A stretch of DNA of 64,000 bases from NCBI GenBank assembly GCA_034429935.1, contig DAOUFJ010000008.1, positions 13,218 to 77,217 on the forward strand, written 5' to 3'. Within the stretch, counting starts at the first letter, position 1; each line of letters opens with the position of its first letter. Positions 27,755-39,974 of this stretch are shown here, one piece after another. The notes beneath the pieces were generated by a model. It was given only the letters and a program-made list of their open reading frames with translations, was not told where the DNA came from and did no database searches. Origin of the DNA: Dehalococcoidales bacterium. GTDB lineage: Bacteria; Chloroflexota; Dehalococcoidia; Dehalococcoidales; UBA5627. Position numbers and translations under genes: made by a program.

Positions 27755-27976
27755 TTGATTTGCCTCCTGAAACTATTTTTAAAACAGTCGTTCTTGCCGG
27801 TTGCCGTAGGAGTTTGCTGATATCCGATAGGTTAAAATTGTGATTATTCGTATAAAGACCTCCTGCCGGATTCGGTTTTCTTCAACCCGGCAGGCTTCTA
27901 TCATATCATTAGAAGATAGTTGTTGCAATCGGTTGAATGCACAAGAAGGAGAGTTTTCAGGAGGATATTCTTCGAA

Positions 27977-29401
27977 TTATTTCTTTAACAGAAGGCGTTT
28001 TCTGGGGCAGGTCGATTCAAGTGCCATCTTGTCCATCGATAGCTGTACCGGCATGGGATAATCCCCTGTAAAACAGGCCAGGCAGAAATCCTCTTTCGGT
28101 AGGTCTACCGCTTTTATAAGCCCTTCGATGCTGAGATATCCCAGCGAATCGGCTCCGATGAAGTCTCTTATCTCGGGAATGGTCTTCTGCGCCGCTATCA
28201 GCTCCCAGCGGTTGGCCATATCCACTCCCAGATAACACGGGTAGCAAATCGGCGGAGCGCAGATTCGCATATGAACTTCCTTGGCTCCGCTCTTGCGCAG
28301 CAGCTTGATGACCTGGGGTGTTGTCGTCCCCCTGACGATGCTGTCGTCTACCAGTACTATGCGTTTGCCTTCCAGTATTTCCTGCAGCGGATTGAACTTT
28401 ACTTTAACGCCGAGTTCCCTGATTCTCTGGTCGGGAGCGATGAATGTGCGGCCCATATAACGGTTCTTAATCAGCCCTTCGGCTACAGGTATCCCGGATT
28501 TAGCGGCGTATCCGAACCCGGCTGCCGTCGCCGAATCGGGCACCCCGATTACCATGTCGGCGTCTACCGGGTGTTCTTCGGCAAGGCCGGCACCCATCGC
28601 CTGACGTGTTTTGTAAAGGAGGCGGTCTTTGATGATGCTGTCGGGGCGTGAAAAATATATATATTCGAAGATGCACAGGGCTTTTTTCTCCGATTCTTCG
28701 TGATAACTCTTTAGCCCTTTCTCGTTGATGGCGATGATTTCTCCGGGTTCTATTTCGCGGATTACCTTTGCTCCGATGTGATTCAACGCACATGTTTCCG
28801 AGGCGATAACATATTTGTTCCCGTTGCCGTTGCCTATCGTGCCGAGGCATAACGGGCGTACGCCCAGGGGGTCCCTGATGCCGTAGAGTGTATCTTTGGT
28901 CATAATGACCATCGAATAGGCTCCCTGAAGCCGCCGCATGGCATATCTTATCTTGTCGATCATGTCTTTTTCAGGTGAGGAGAGAATCAGGTTGGCGGCT
29001 ACTTCGGTGTCGGTGGCTGTTTTAAAGGTGAACCCTTTATCGATTAATTCCCTGTAAAGAGGTTCGGCGTTGGAAATATTTCCGTTGTGGGCGATTGCCA
29101 TAATATTGGGGGCATTGCCTACGATAATGGGTTGTACATTGTTTATGTTGCTGGAACCCCGTGTGGAGTAACGGTTGTGCCCGATGGCGATTTTCCCGCC
29201 CAGTTTGCCGAGGGCTTCTTCGTCAAAAACCTGTGAAACCAGCCCCATCCTGGCGAAAACATCGATTCTGTTCCCGTCGGTTGTAGCGATGCCGGCGCTT
29301 TCCTGTCCTCTATGTTGAAGCGCAAACAAAGCAAAGTATGTAAGCCTGGATATATCCTCTCCCGGGGCATAGACTCCAAAGACGCCGCAAGCTTCGTGCA
29401 A
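27977..29401 (-). CDS. purF: Amidophosphoribosyltransferase
   Basis: (M)HEACGVFGVYAPGE supplies the Ntn Cys. The PRTase motif VLVDDSIVRGTT and C-terminal Fe-S cluster cysteines are present. The start is a TTG. Confidence 0.96.
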   Translation of the reverse strand: MHEACGVFGVYAPGEDISRLTYFALFALQHRGQESAGIATTDGNRIDVFARMGLVSQVFDEEALGKLGGKIAIGHNRYSTRGSSNINNVQPIIVGNAPNIMAIAHNGNISNAEPLYRELIDKGFTFKTATDTEVAANLILSSPEKDMIDKIRYAMRRLQGAYSMVIMTKDTLYGIRDPLGVRPLCLGTIGNGNGNKYVIASETCALNHIGAKVIREIEPGEIIAINEKGLKSYHEESEKKALCIFEYIYFSRPDSIIKDRLLYKTRQAMGAGLAEEHPVDADMVIGVPDSATAAGFGYAAKSGIPVAEGLIKNRYMGRTFIAPDQRIRELGVKVKFNPLQEILEGKRIVLVDDSIVRGTTTPQVIKLLRKSGAKEVHMRICAPPICYPCYLGVDMANRWELIAAQKTIPEIRDFIGADSLGYLSIEGLIKAVDLPKEDFCLACFTGDYPMPVQLSMDKMALESTCPRKRLLLKK

Positions 29402-29485
29402 AATGCAAACCTCTTCCGAAAAAAATGGGTGGAATGATTAAGACACAACAAATATATTATAGCTGATGAAATAAAAGCGGTCAAT

Positions 29486-30046
29486 TCAAGGGGACAGTTC
29501 GACGTTTCGTTTGTGCCTGTTATGATAGAAAATAAACATAGCGTTATGAAAAGTAAAAATCCGGGAGCCGGGCAATTCCTTTGATACCATATCTTTGAGT
29601 TCGTTTTCATAGACAGGGTGCCCCAGTTCGAGAAAGTCTATATGCCCGGTTTTCAACGGTTCCCGGATGAAAACATAGTCGTAATTTTCCTTGACGTTCC
29701 TCAGCCCCCCCTCCATGTCGTCCAGATGGTGCAAAACCCCCCACATGATGCCCATTTCACCCCCCGGAAGACCTTTACCGAGGTCTCTTACTTCGGCTTC
29801 GATTCCTTTATCCTGCGTGCGTTTTACAAGCTCGGGGCAAATATCGTAGCCTTTGAACTGTGATGGTTGAAAGATTTCCTTGAGGATTACGGTTATTTTG
29901 CCGTCACCGCATCCCAGGTCGTGAGTATCCCTGTGTTTGAAATCATCGGGGACAATCCGGCGCAGATAGTCTAGCTGTTTCCTGATATGAGAACCTACGA
30001 CCACGTTGTTGCCGAATAAATAATATATCAGTCTCTGTAATGTCAT
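29486..30046 (-). CDS. Class I SAM-dependent methyltransferase
   Basis: SAM-binding motif I, THDLGCGDGKITV, is present, followed by an acidic residue at the end of strand 2 (GYDI). Confidence 0.75.
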   Translation of the reverse strand: MTLQRLIYYLFGNNVVVGSHIRKQLDYLRRIVPDDFKHRDTHDLGCGDGKITVILKEIFQPSQFKGYDICPELVKRTQDKGIEAEVRDLGKGLPGGEMGIMWGVLHHLDDMEGGLRNVKENYDYVFIREPLKTGHIDFLELGHPVYENELKDMVSKELPGSRIFTFHNAMFIFYHNRHKRNVELSP

Positions 30047-30119
30047 TTGTCGTTAAGCTGGTATTCTATTCCAATTTTATGGGGTTGGCAAGTTTTCGGT
30101 TGATATTATCGACCTGTAA

Positions 30120-30796
30120 TTAAACATTGATTCCTATCGCTTTCAGCACCGACCCGAGTCCGTAGTATCCCATATAAGCGACGAAAAGGCTTTTTACGAT
30201 GTTGCCGGCGCAGCACATAACTAAAAATTTCCATAGCTTGTAGCGGCTGGTTCCGATAGCCATGGCCATCGGGAAGAAGACGGGATTGAATATGGCCGAC
30301 ATCAGGAAAACCGCCATCGAGCCGCGGTTGCGCGCCCAGTGCATTATGCGTCCCGTCCACCTGACAACGGTCTTATCGGAGTCCAGGTATGAGAAGTCGA
30401 CGTTCGAAAACAGCTTGCGTCCGCCGCGCCCGAAGAGGAAGATAAGTGTTCCGCCTATGCCTGAACCTATTCCCGAGACAATGCCTACTATCACTGGATT
30501 CAGTATGGCTCCCATGGCAAATTGTACCGCTATCGAAGGTACGGGAATGATAACGGTGGCTCCCCCGGCGACGCAAACCAGGAACAATCCGGCGTAGCTG
30601 AGGTTAGGTTGCGATTGGAACTGTTCCCAGTAAAAGACGACGGCGAATGCAAGAAACAGGGTTAAGATTATAGCCGCCAGTCCAACCCAAAACTCCCATC
30701 GTTTCAAGGTGCGCTTAAGCTTTGCCAGTTTAGGCTTACAGGGCTTTTCACCGGTATTGCTGCTATTATCCGGAGCGGTATCGGTTAAGTTGTTAT

Positions 30797-30800
<4 letters not shown>
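30120..30800 (-). CDS. DedA/VTT-domain (YqaA-like) membrane protein
   Basis: It has 5-6 TM segments and a Gly-rich IVSGIGSGIGGTLIFLFGRGG region typical of YqaA/DedA-like proteins. It overlaps the clpC stop by 4 nt. Confidence 0.7.
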
Positions 30801-33266
<2,466 letters not shown>

Positions 33267-33280
<14 letters not shown>

Positions 33281-33587
33281 TTTCTTCCCTCCTTAGTCTC
33301 TCGATTTCCTGTTCGAGTTCTTCGGTGTTTTTCTGCAGTTGTGCAATCTGCTGCGACATCCTGAGTATAACTTCCACACCGGCGAGGTTGACGCCGAGTT
33401 CGTCCATCAGGGTCATCACCCGTCTTATAACCTCGATGTCCATATCCGAATACAGCCGGATATTTCCCTTGGAGCGTGCCGGGTTGATGATACCCACTTT
33501 TTCATAATAGCGTAAGGTATATGTCTGGGTGCCGAGCATTTCGGCGGCTATGCTTATGACATAGCGCGGTTGAATATCTCTTTCCAT
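33267..33587 (-). CDS. hspR: MerR-family heat-shock regulator HspR-like
   Basis: YVISIAAEMLGTQTYTLRYYEKVGIINPARSKGNIRLYS is a MerR-type HTH. The gene sits between dnaJ and clpC. Confidence 0.85.
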
Positions 33588-33601
33588 ATTAATCTCCTCG
33601 C

Positions 33602-34600
33602 TTAACCGCCTCTCAGCTTCTTCAGCTTGAGGAACAGTTCCTTCTCTTCCTCGGTCAGATTGGCAGGAAGCACTATGTTGACTTTAGCCCTGATATCGCC
33701 GCGGCTGTCTTTGCCGAGTAGCGGCATTCCCTGTCCGGCAAGGCGGAAAATGCGTCCGTTCTGGGTTTCCGGCGGGATTTTCAATGCCAGGCTGCCTTTG
33801 AGCGTGGGGATTTTTACCTCCCCCCCCAGCACCGCCGTGGTCAGCGGAACCTCTATGTTTACAAGCAGGTCGTTCTCCTGCCGTTCGAATACGGGGTGCG
33901 GTTTTACGGTTACTGCGAGGTACAGGTCGCCGTTGGCGCCGCCGTGCCCCTCGCCCCCCTTGCCGGCAATCCGGATGCGCGAGCCGGTTTTCACGCCGGC
34001 GGGTATCTTGACCTCGATGCGCTTTTCCTGCCTGACAGTTCCCCTCCCCTGGCATGTGGAACACAGGGCGTTCTGGATGCGCCCCGTGCCGCGGCAGGTA
34101 GGGCAAGCCTCGTCGTTCTGCATGCTGAGAAGGCGGCTGCTGCCGCTGTAGGCTTCTTCGAGCGTCACTTCGACTGCCGATTCTATATCCTGCCCGCGTC
34201 TCGGGCGTGACTGACGTTTGGAACGCCCCCCTCCGAAAAGGTCTCCGAAGATGCTGCCCAGGTCGCCGTTTTCGAAACTGAAGTTCTGCGACTGCCCTCC
34301 GCCTTTGAATATGTCGCTGAAATCGTAGCTCTGGTATCCGGTTCGCTGTCCTCCGGCTTTGGAGAACTGGTCGGCGTACTGCCACTGGTCTCCGAACTGG
34401 TCGTATTTCTTGCGTTTATCAGCGTCGGAAAGCACTTCGTAAGCTTCGCTTACCTGCTTGAATTTTTCTTCGGCGCTTTTATCTCCCGGGTTGACGTCCG
34501 GATGGTACTTGCGTGCCAGCTTGCGGAAAGCCTGCTTGATTTCCTTATCGCTGGCGTTCCGTCCGACTCCCAGTATATTGTAATAGTCTTTATTGGCCAT
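33602..34600 (-). CDS. dnaJ: J-domain co-chaperone (DnaJ/CbpA-like, reduced zinc finger)
   Basis: The J domain carries YHPDVNPGD (HPD). A G/F-rich region follows, and there are only two CxxCxGxG motifs ([16 protein letters not shown]). Confidence 0.9.
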   Translation of the reverse strand: MANKDYYNILGVGRNASDKEIKQAFRKLARKYHPDVNPGDKSAEEKFKQVSEAYEVLSDADKRKKYDQFGDQWQYADQFSKAGGQRTGYQSYDFSDIFKGGGQSQNFSFENGDLGSIFGDLFGGGRSKRQSRPRRGQDIESAVEVTLEEAYSGSSRLLSMQNDEACPTCRGTGRIQNALCSTCQGRGTVRQEKRIEVKIPAGVKTGSRIRIAGKGGEGHGGANGDLYLAVTVKPHPVFERQENDLLVNIEVPLTTAVLGGEVKIPTLKGSLALKIPPETQNGRIFRLAGQGMPLLGKDSRGDIRAKVNIVLPANLTEEEKELFLKLKKLRGG

Positions 34601-34635
34601 TTCGCAGTCCTGAAGGGGTTAATTCGAGTATTAAT

Positions 34636-34665
34636 ATTATAATACAGCCTGATATAGATTGTCAA
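34636..34665 (-). promoter_or_regulatory. Sigma70-type promoter candidate for dnaJ-hspR-clpC
   Basis: The reverse strand has TTGACA (34660-34665), an 18-nt spacer and TATAAT (34636-34641). The inverted repeat TTAAT-N6-ATTAA lies at 34619-34634, just downstream. Confidence 0.5.
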
Positions 34666-34962
34666 TAGAATAATAAAAAAGTTAATAAAAAAATATTAAC
34701 TATTGTTCTGTGACCTGCAGGGTTGCATCGGGGGAAATAAGAACAGGGTACTATTTTCTTTTTAAAGACAGGGTAAAAAAACTCCCCAAAATATTGACAA
34801 GCTGCCTTGCAGATTCATATAATAAAAGAAACCCATTCTTTAAAAAGCCCCTATGTTAAGATTTTTACCCGAGAATTTTTAGTGTTCTGGTATGGTTTTA
34901 TTCCGGTATTCAAATATAAATAAAATGCAAAAACTTATAAAAACCAGGGAAAAGTTCTTCTT

Positions 34963-36597
34963 ATGTCAAAGTATATCTTTGTAACCGGTGGCGTCGTCAG
35001 TTCGGTTGGAAAAGGCATAACGGTTGCCTCTATCGGCAACATCCTCAAGAGCCGCGGTATCAGCGTCTCGGTTCTGAAAATGGACCCCTATCTGAATGTC
35101 GACCCCGGAACCATGTCTCCCTATCAGCATGGCGAGGTCTTCGTTACGAAAGACGGCGCCGAAACCGACCTCGACCTGGGGAATTACGAGCGCTTCATAG
35201 ATGTGGAGCTCACTTCGGATTCCAATATAACTTCGGGGCAGGTCTACAGCTCGGTTATCTCCAAGGAGCGCCGCGGCGATTTCCTCGGCGGCACCATCCA
35301 GGTGGTTCCCCACCTGACGGGTGAAATAAAACAGAGATTCAAAAGGCTTTCGGAACAATCCCAGGCCGACGTCATCATCGTGGAGGTCGGCGGTACGGTA
35401 GGCGATATCGAAGGGCAGCCGTTCCTGGAAGCCATCAGGCAGATGCGCAAGGATGTCGGGCGCGATAACGTCCTGTATATCCATGTTACGCTGCTGCCGC
35501 ATATCAACTCCACGAAGGAATTGAAAACCAAGCCCACGCAGCACAGCGTCAACGAACTGCGGCGTATCGGCATCCAGCCGGACGTCATTATCTGCCGCAG
35601 CGATTATCCGATTGCCGACGGCATTCGCGATAAAATATCGCTCTTCTGCGATGTGGAGCTGGAAGCTGTCGTTCCGCTGCCTACGGTCTCCACCATCTAC
35701 GAAGTCCCCATAATACTGGAGGAGTTCGGTCTGGGGGAACTGGTGGTGAAGAGGCTCGGGCTCAAGGGCGGCAGCACCGACCTGTCGATGTGGAAGGAGA
35801 TGGTCGCCTGTATAAAGGAGCCTTCCGAAGAGGTCAATATCGCCCTGGTCGGCAAGTATGTAGAACTGGAAGACGCTTACTATTCCGTTCGCGAATCTTT
35901 ATGTCACGCCGGCCTGTATCACAAGAGGAAAATAAATTTGAGCTGGATTCACTCGGAGGAACTGGCCATGCCGGGCGGCGAAGCCATGCTGCGCCATGCC
36001 CAGGGAATCATCGTTCCGGGGGGGTTCGGCATACGCGGCATCGACGGCATGTTGAAGGCTGCCGGGTATGCACGCCGGAATAATATCCCTTATTTCGGAA
36101 TCTGTTTGGGGATGCAAATCATGGTGATAGAGTTTACCCGCTACGTTATGAATTCGGATGTTCCCAATTCGAGCGAGTTCGACGAATGCACGCCGCATCC
36201 GGTTATCGCTTACCTGCCGGAGCAGAGGTCTGTTAAAGATAAGGGCGGCACCATGCGGCTGGGAGAATACCACTGCAAGCTGGTACCCGGAACCATCGCC
36301 GCCGCATTGTACGGGGAAGAGGAAATCACCGAGCGCCACCGCCACCGTTACGAATTTAACAACGATTACCGTGAAAAACTGGCTGCCGCCGGCATGGTTT
36401 ACAGCGGCCTGTCGCCGGACGGCAACCTGGTCGAGATATGCGAACTGAAAGACCATGTATGGATGCTGGGTTGCCAGTTCCATCCCGAATTTTTATCCCG
36501 CCCCGGTCGTCCGCACCCGTTGTTCCGCGGTTTTATCGGCGCCGCAAAAGATGTGATGCGCGAGGGTGCGCAGGCATCTTTCCCGTTGAATCCCTGA
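34963..36597 (+). CDS. pyrG: CTP synthase
   Basis: [19 protein letters not shown]... is followed by the glutamine amidotransferase domain with GICLGMQ and HRHRYEFN. Confidence 0.97.
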   Translation: MSKYIFVTGGVVSSVGKGITVASIGNILKSRGISVSVLKMDPYLNVDPGTMSPYQHGEVFVTKDGAETDLDLGNYERFIDVELTSDSNITSGQVYSSVISKERRGDFLGGTIQVVPHLTGEIKQRFKRLSEQSQADVIIVEVGGTVGDIEGQPFLEAIRQMRKDVGRDNVLYIHVTLLPHINSTKELKTKPTQHSVNELRRIGIQPDVIICRSDYPIADGIRDKISLFCDVELEAVVPLPTVSTIYEVPIILEEFGLGELVVKRLGLKGGSTDLSMWKEMVACIKEPSEEVNIALVGKYVELEDAYYSVRESLCHAGLYHKRKINLSWIHSEELAMPGGEAMLRHAQGIIVPGGFGIRGIDGMLKAAGYARRNNIPYFGICLGMQIMVIEFTRYVMNSDVPNSSEFDECTPHPVIAYLPEQRSVKDKGGTMRLGEYHCKLVPGTIAAALYGEEEITERHRHRYEFNNDYREKLAAAGMVYSGLSPDGNLVEICELKDHVWMLGCQFHPEFLSRPGRPHPLFRGFIGAAKDVMREGAQASFPLNP

Positions 36598-36610
36598 TAT
36601 GGAGTCTGAA

Positions 36611-37264
36611 ATGCGAATCTTTCTGGATACGGCCAATATAGAACAAATCGAGCAGGGGGTAAAGCTGGGAGTGGTCTCCGGTGTTACCACCAACCCCACC
36701 CTGGTGGCTAAAGAAGGGCACCAGGATTATAAATCGATGGTCAAGCGGATTTGCTCTATCGTGCCCGGCCCGGTATCGGCAGAGGTATTGGTGGAGGGGG
36801 TTCCCGCCATGCTGGAGCAGGCAAGGGAAATCGCATCGTGGGCAACCAATGCTGTCGTCAAGATACCGGCAACGGCGGAAGGGCTGGAGGTCACGGCGGC
36901 TCTGGCTAAAGAGCAGGTCAAGGTGAATATGACGCTGGTCTTTTCGGCGAATCAGGCGCTTTTGGCCGCGCTTGCCGGTGCGGCTTATGTCAGCCCGTTC
37001 GTCGGCCGGCTGGACGACATCGGCAGCGACGGCATGCTGCTGGTAAAGGATATCGTAGATATATTTAAAGGCTATAACTTGACAACAAAGGTAATAGCTG
37101 CTAGTATTCGTCATCCGCAGCATTGTCTGGCAGCGGCTAAAGCGGGCGCTCATATCGCCACGGTGCCCTACAATGTCTTAATGCAAATGATAAAGCATCC
37201 GCTTACCGATACCGGCATCGAGCGTTTCTTTGCCGACTGGCGCAGGGTATCCGGCGATAAATAG
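36611..37264 (+). CDS. tal: Transaldolase / fructose-6-phosphate aldolase (type 3B, ~217 aa)
   Basis: [31 protein letters not shown] is typical of the family. The Schiff-base Lys context is VVKIPAT. Confidence 0.92.
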   Translation: MRIFLDTANIEQIEQGVKLGVVSGVTTNPTLVAKEGHQDYKSMVKRICSIVPGPVSAEVLVEGVPAMLEQAREIASWATNAVVKIPATAEGLEVTAALAKEQVKVNMTLVFSANQALLAALAGAAYVSPFVGRLDDIGSDGMLLVKDIVDIFKGYNLTTKVIAASIRHPQHCLAAAKAGAHIATVPYNVLMQMIKHPLTDTGIERFFADWRRVSGDK

Positions 37265-37430
37265 TAAAAACATTCATTATATAATTCATATATATATAAA
37301 AAATATTCAAAAAACACTCAGAGGCTTGTTGTCTCCGTATTTAACGTATCCATTTATTAAGGATAAATGTCTGAAAAAGGAGATAGGAGCGTATCTTGAG
37401 GAGGTAGAAGGAAAAAGAGAGAGGTAGTCT

Positions 37431-38693
37431 ATGGAAATCAGTCAGTTGGAAAACAAGACCAGGGAAGAATTGCTGGAACTGGCCAGGGAAAACGGGCTCA
37501 CAAGTTGTACGGGTTTGCGCAAGCAGGAGCTGGTAATGCGGCTTTTGCAGGCGAGCGCCGAGCAGCAGGGTAACCTCTTCTGCAGCGGTATTCTGGATAT
37601 CATGGCTGACGGATACGGTTTTCTGAGGCAGAGCACCCTTTTGCCCAGTTCGTCCGATATATATGTCTCCCAGTCGCAGATTCGCCGCTTCGGTTTGCGT
37701 ACCGGCGATTTTGTAGTGGGGCAGGGACGGCCGGCCAAGACGGGCGAGAAGTATTACAGCCTGCTGCGCGTGGAAGCCATCAACGACCTCAACCCGGAAG
37801 TATCCAAAACCCGTCCTTATTTCAATTCGCTGACACCCATCTATCCCGATAAACTTATCGACCTGGAAACCACCCCCGACAACCTCTCCACCCGTCTTTT
37901 GAATCTTATTGCTCCTGTAGGCCGCGGGCAGCGCGGTTTGATCGTGGCCCCTCCCAAGGCCGGCAAGACCATGCTCTTGAAGAAAATAGCCAATGCGGCT
38001 ACTACCAACTATAACGATATCAACCTTATCGTCTGTCTTATCGGCGAACGCCCCGAAGAAGTTACCGATATGAGGCGCTCCGTTAAAGGGCAGGTGATCG
38101 CTGCCACCTTCGATGAGCCGGTGGAGAATCACACCCGTGTCGCCGAACTGACGCTGGAAATCGCCAAGAGAATGGTGGAAGCGGGCAAGGATGTCCTTTT
38201 GGTGCTCGACGGCATCACCCGCCTGACCAGGGCTTATAACCTGGCGATGCCTTCCAGCGGGCGCACCCTCTCCGGCGGTATCGACCCGGTTGCCCTGCAC
38301 CCCGCCAAGAAGTTCTTCGGTGCGGCGCGCAATGTCGAGGGCGGCGGCAGCTTGACGATACTGGCGACCTGCCTGGTGGATACCGGCAGCCGCATGGACG
38401 ACCTGATTTACGAAGAGTTCAAGGGCACCGGCAATATGGAACTGCACCTCGACCGCCGTCTGGCCGAGCGCGGCGTCTACCCGGCGGTGGATATCAACCG
38501 CAGCGGCACCCGCCGTGAAGACCTTCTCCTTAGCCCGGAAACCATCAAGCAGGTTCAGCTTTTGAAGCGCATGATGTCGCTTATTTCCGCCGATTCCGCC
38601 AACTCGGTGGAAACCACGGAGCGCATACTGGAACGCCTGCGCAAGACGCGCACCAATGCCGAGTTCCTGGCTAACCTGTCGAAGGAAAGATAA
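37431..38693 (+). CDS. rho: Transcription termination factor Rho
   Basis: The N-terminal Rho_N domain ([11 protein letters not shown]) and RNA-binding domain are followed by Walker A (APPKAGKT) and the RecA-like domain ([15 protein letters not shown]). Confidence 0.97.
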   Translation: MEISQLENKTREELLELARENGLTSCTGLRKQELVMRLLQASAEQQGNLFCSGILDIMADGYGFLRQSTLLPSSSDIYVSQSQIRRFGLRTGDFVVGQGRPAKTGEKYYSLLRVEAINDLNPEVSKTRPYFNSLTPIYPDKLIDLETTPDNLSTRLLNLIAPVGRGQRGLIVAPPKAGKTMLLKKIANAATTNYNDINLIVCLIGERPEEVTDMRRSVKGQVIAATFDEPVENHTRVAELTLEIAKRMVEAGKDVLLVLDGITRLTRAYNLAMPSSGRTLSGGIDPVALHPAKKFFGAARNVEGGGSLTILATCLVDTGSRMDDLIYEEFKGTGNMELHLDRRLAERGVYPAVDINRSGTRREDLLLSPETIKQVQLLKRMMSLISADSANSVETTERILERLRKTRTNAEFLANLSKER

Positions 38694-38750
38694 GGATTTC
38701 GTGCTGTAAAAGAAAAACGGTATACAATATATTATATATAAGGATATAGA

Positions 38751-38785
38751 AAAGCCTTTCCGCTGCGGAAAGGCTTTTTGGTTTG
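38751..38785 (+). terminator. Intrinsic terminator after rho
   Basis: AAAGCCTTTCCG-CTG-CGGAAAGGCTTT forms a 12-bp stem and is followed by TTGGTTT. Confidence 0.75.
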
Positions 38786-38790
38786 ATAGG

Positions 38791-38883
38791 AACACCTCAT
38801 CCCCCTGTCCCCCTTCTCCGAAATCAGAGAAGGGGGTATATAGTTCCCCTCTCCGCGTGCGGAGAGGGGTCAGGGGTGAGGTT
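38791..38883 (+). repeat. Composite palindromic element (left copy): hairpin CCCCCTTCTC...GAGAAGGGGG plus hairpin CCCCTCTCCGC...GCGGAGAGGGG plus GGGGTGAGGTT
   Basis: Its reverse-complement partner at 43978-44071 is ~88-90% identical by manual alignment. A deleted same-orientation copy lies at 39534-39594. Confidence 0.85.
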
Positions 38884-38890
38884 TGTTAAT

Positions 38891-38999
38891 GTCATTCTGA
38901 GTTCGTGGTGGTCGAACGAAGAATCCGGGGATGGGTGGTTAATTCGTATAATGCCCTCCCCCCGGATCCTTCAGTCACCCCTTGTGACTTCAGGATGAC
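38891..38999 (-). repeat. MITE-like element (family GTCATCCTGAAG...GAACTCAGNATGAC)
   Basis: It is the reverse complement of the copies at 44269-44400, 44847-44952 and 45611-45704. It has imperfect terminal inverted repeats and internal hairpins. Confidence 0.75.
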
Positions 39000-39008
39000 G
39001 GCTTGTTT

Positions 39009-39048
39009 CCCCCCTCTCCGCAAGCGGAGAGGGGGCAGGGGTGAGGTT
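39009..39048 (+). repeat. Solo copy of the CCCCTCTCCGC-N3-GCGGAGAGGGG + GGGGTGAGGTT hairpin element
   Basis: The sequence is CCCCCCTCTCCGCAAGCGGAGAGGGGGCAGGGGTGAGGTT. Confidence 0.8.
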
Positions 39049-39058
39049 TGTTAATACC

Positions 39059-39094
39059 ATTGCGAGTCCATTCCCGAAGGGAAGGCGAAGCAAT
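39059..39094 (+). repeat. Palindromic element ATTGCGAG...CGAAGCAAT
   Basis: The sequence is ATTGCGAGTCCATTCCCGAAGGGAAGGCGAAGCAAT. A second copy lies at 44095-44128. Confidence 0.7.
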
Positions 39095-39123
39095 CTTTAC
39101 CGAATAGACCGCATGGTAAAAAA

Positions 39124-39191
39124 ACGTAGGGACGACCAATGGTCGTCCGCCCTTCACAGGTATATGGCGGACGGGCAATGCCCGTCCCTAC
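39124..39191. repeat. REPIN-like doublet of inverted REP elements (same family as the REPs at the RayT gene)
   Basis: CGTAGGGACGACCAATGGTCGTCCGCC (39124-39150) and GGCGGACGGGCAATGCCCGTCCCTACG (39165-39191) are separated by 14 nt. Confidence 0.85.
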
Positions 39192-39250
39192 GGATTTGTG
39201 CTCTTTTCCTAATAGGGAAGAAAAAATGTCTTTGCGAGGAGTTATGATTT

Positions 39251-39530
39251 CCGTTCGTTCCGAGCTTGTCGAAGGATTTTAACGGAAATCATATTTATTG
39301 TTTCGTCTCCGTTATGGTTCGGCAAAATCCGCGCATCCTGAGCCAGACGAAGGACACGAACGGCTCTTTGTTTTACCACGAACGGCTTTATTTATATTCC
39401 GTTCGCCCTGAGCTCCGTCGAAGGGTCAAACGAACGGAACTAACATGCTTTCTTATATCGCCGCCGTTATGGTTCGACAAGCTCACCACGAACGGCTTCC
39501 GAGTTTGCCGAAGGACACGAACGGCTATCG
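39251..39530 (+). repeat. Cluster of CCGTTCG...CGAACGG-type hairpin repeats (GAGCTTGTCGAAGG / GTTCGACAAGCTCACCACGAACGG family)
   Basis: At least four units share CCGTTATGGTTCG, CATCCTGAGCC(A/T)GACGAAGGACACGAACGG and CCGTTCGCCCTGAGCTCCGTCGAAGGGTCAAACGAACGG. They are related to the repeats at 24753-25022. Confidence 0.7.
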
Positions 39531-39533
39531 TCT

Positions 39534-39594
39534 AACCCCTTCTCCGAAATAGTTCCCCCCTCTCCGCGTGCGGAGAGGGGTTAGGGGTGAGGTT
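39534..39594 (+). repeat. Composite palindromic element, internally deleted copy
   Basis: AACCCCTTCTCCGAAAT/AGTTCCCCCCTCTCCGCGTGCGGAGAGGGGTTAGGGGTGAGGTT is the same as 38808-38883 but lacks the right arm of the first hairpin. Confidence 0.8.
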
Positions 39595-39974
39595 AAAAAA
39601 GTGCAGGGGAGAGGTAAAAGAAAGGTAAATATATTTGTCCCGTGCCCGGCTTTTTTGCTATAATGCGGTGTCGATGCCTGAAAATTTAAAAATATTTTTT
39701 AAAAAAGCTTGAAAATAGCCGGAATACCTCTTGACACGGCGTGGTATTATATAAGAGAATATACAGAAGTTGTAAAAGGAGGTGGCATGCGATGAAACAG
39801 CCCGCAAGGGGAGATGTTGTGCTAACAACAATTCAGCAATAGAGGGATAACCATGTCTCTGTAGAGAAAGAGAGAGAACCATGGGTTCTTAATCGTTTTA
39901 CAGGGAAATAATTGGATAATAAATATATATAAATTTAAAATGTTTTTAACTCTTAAGGAGAAATAAAAGTCGAA

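Noticed and set aside
27862-27894. A hairpin CCTGCCGG-N17-CCGGCAGG lies between purF and purM and could be an attenuator or terminator.
   Set aside because: It has a large loop and no T-run on the transcribed (minus) strand. purF and purM are probably co-transcribed, and there is not enough evidence for a regulatory role.
34619-34634. I looked for a canonical HAIR (HspR operator, CTTGAGT-N7-ACTCAAG) upstream of dnaJ.
   Set aside because: Only a weak resemblance is present: TTAAT-TCGAGT-ATTAA contains one CGAGT half-site. I did not annotate it as HAIR. It is mentioned only as a candidate divergent operator.
37341-38795. A 484-aa ORF lies on the minus strand and covers the whole rho gene.
   Set aside because: It is antisense to an unmistakable Rho coding sequence. 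Its product is low-complexity and rich in Ala/Gly/Arg, with no recognisable motif, which is a typical shadow ORF. The same applies to the long antisense ORFs inside clpC (31245-31976, 31763-32617, 32385-33056), dnaJ (33684-34385), groEL, pyrG and tilS.
38783-39535. Several 60-90-aa ORFs lie in the rho-to-surface-gene spacer (38783-38998, 38990-39178, 39041-39247, 39266-39535).
   Set aside because: They are translations of palindromic repeat families and give peptides such as PLSACGEGSGVRF and SSWWSNEESG. The same nucleotide units occur in both orientations and lack ribosome-binding sites, so selection acts at the DNA or RNA level rather than on a protein.
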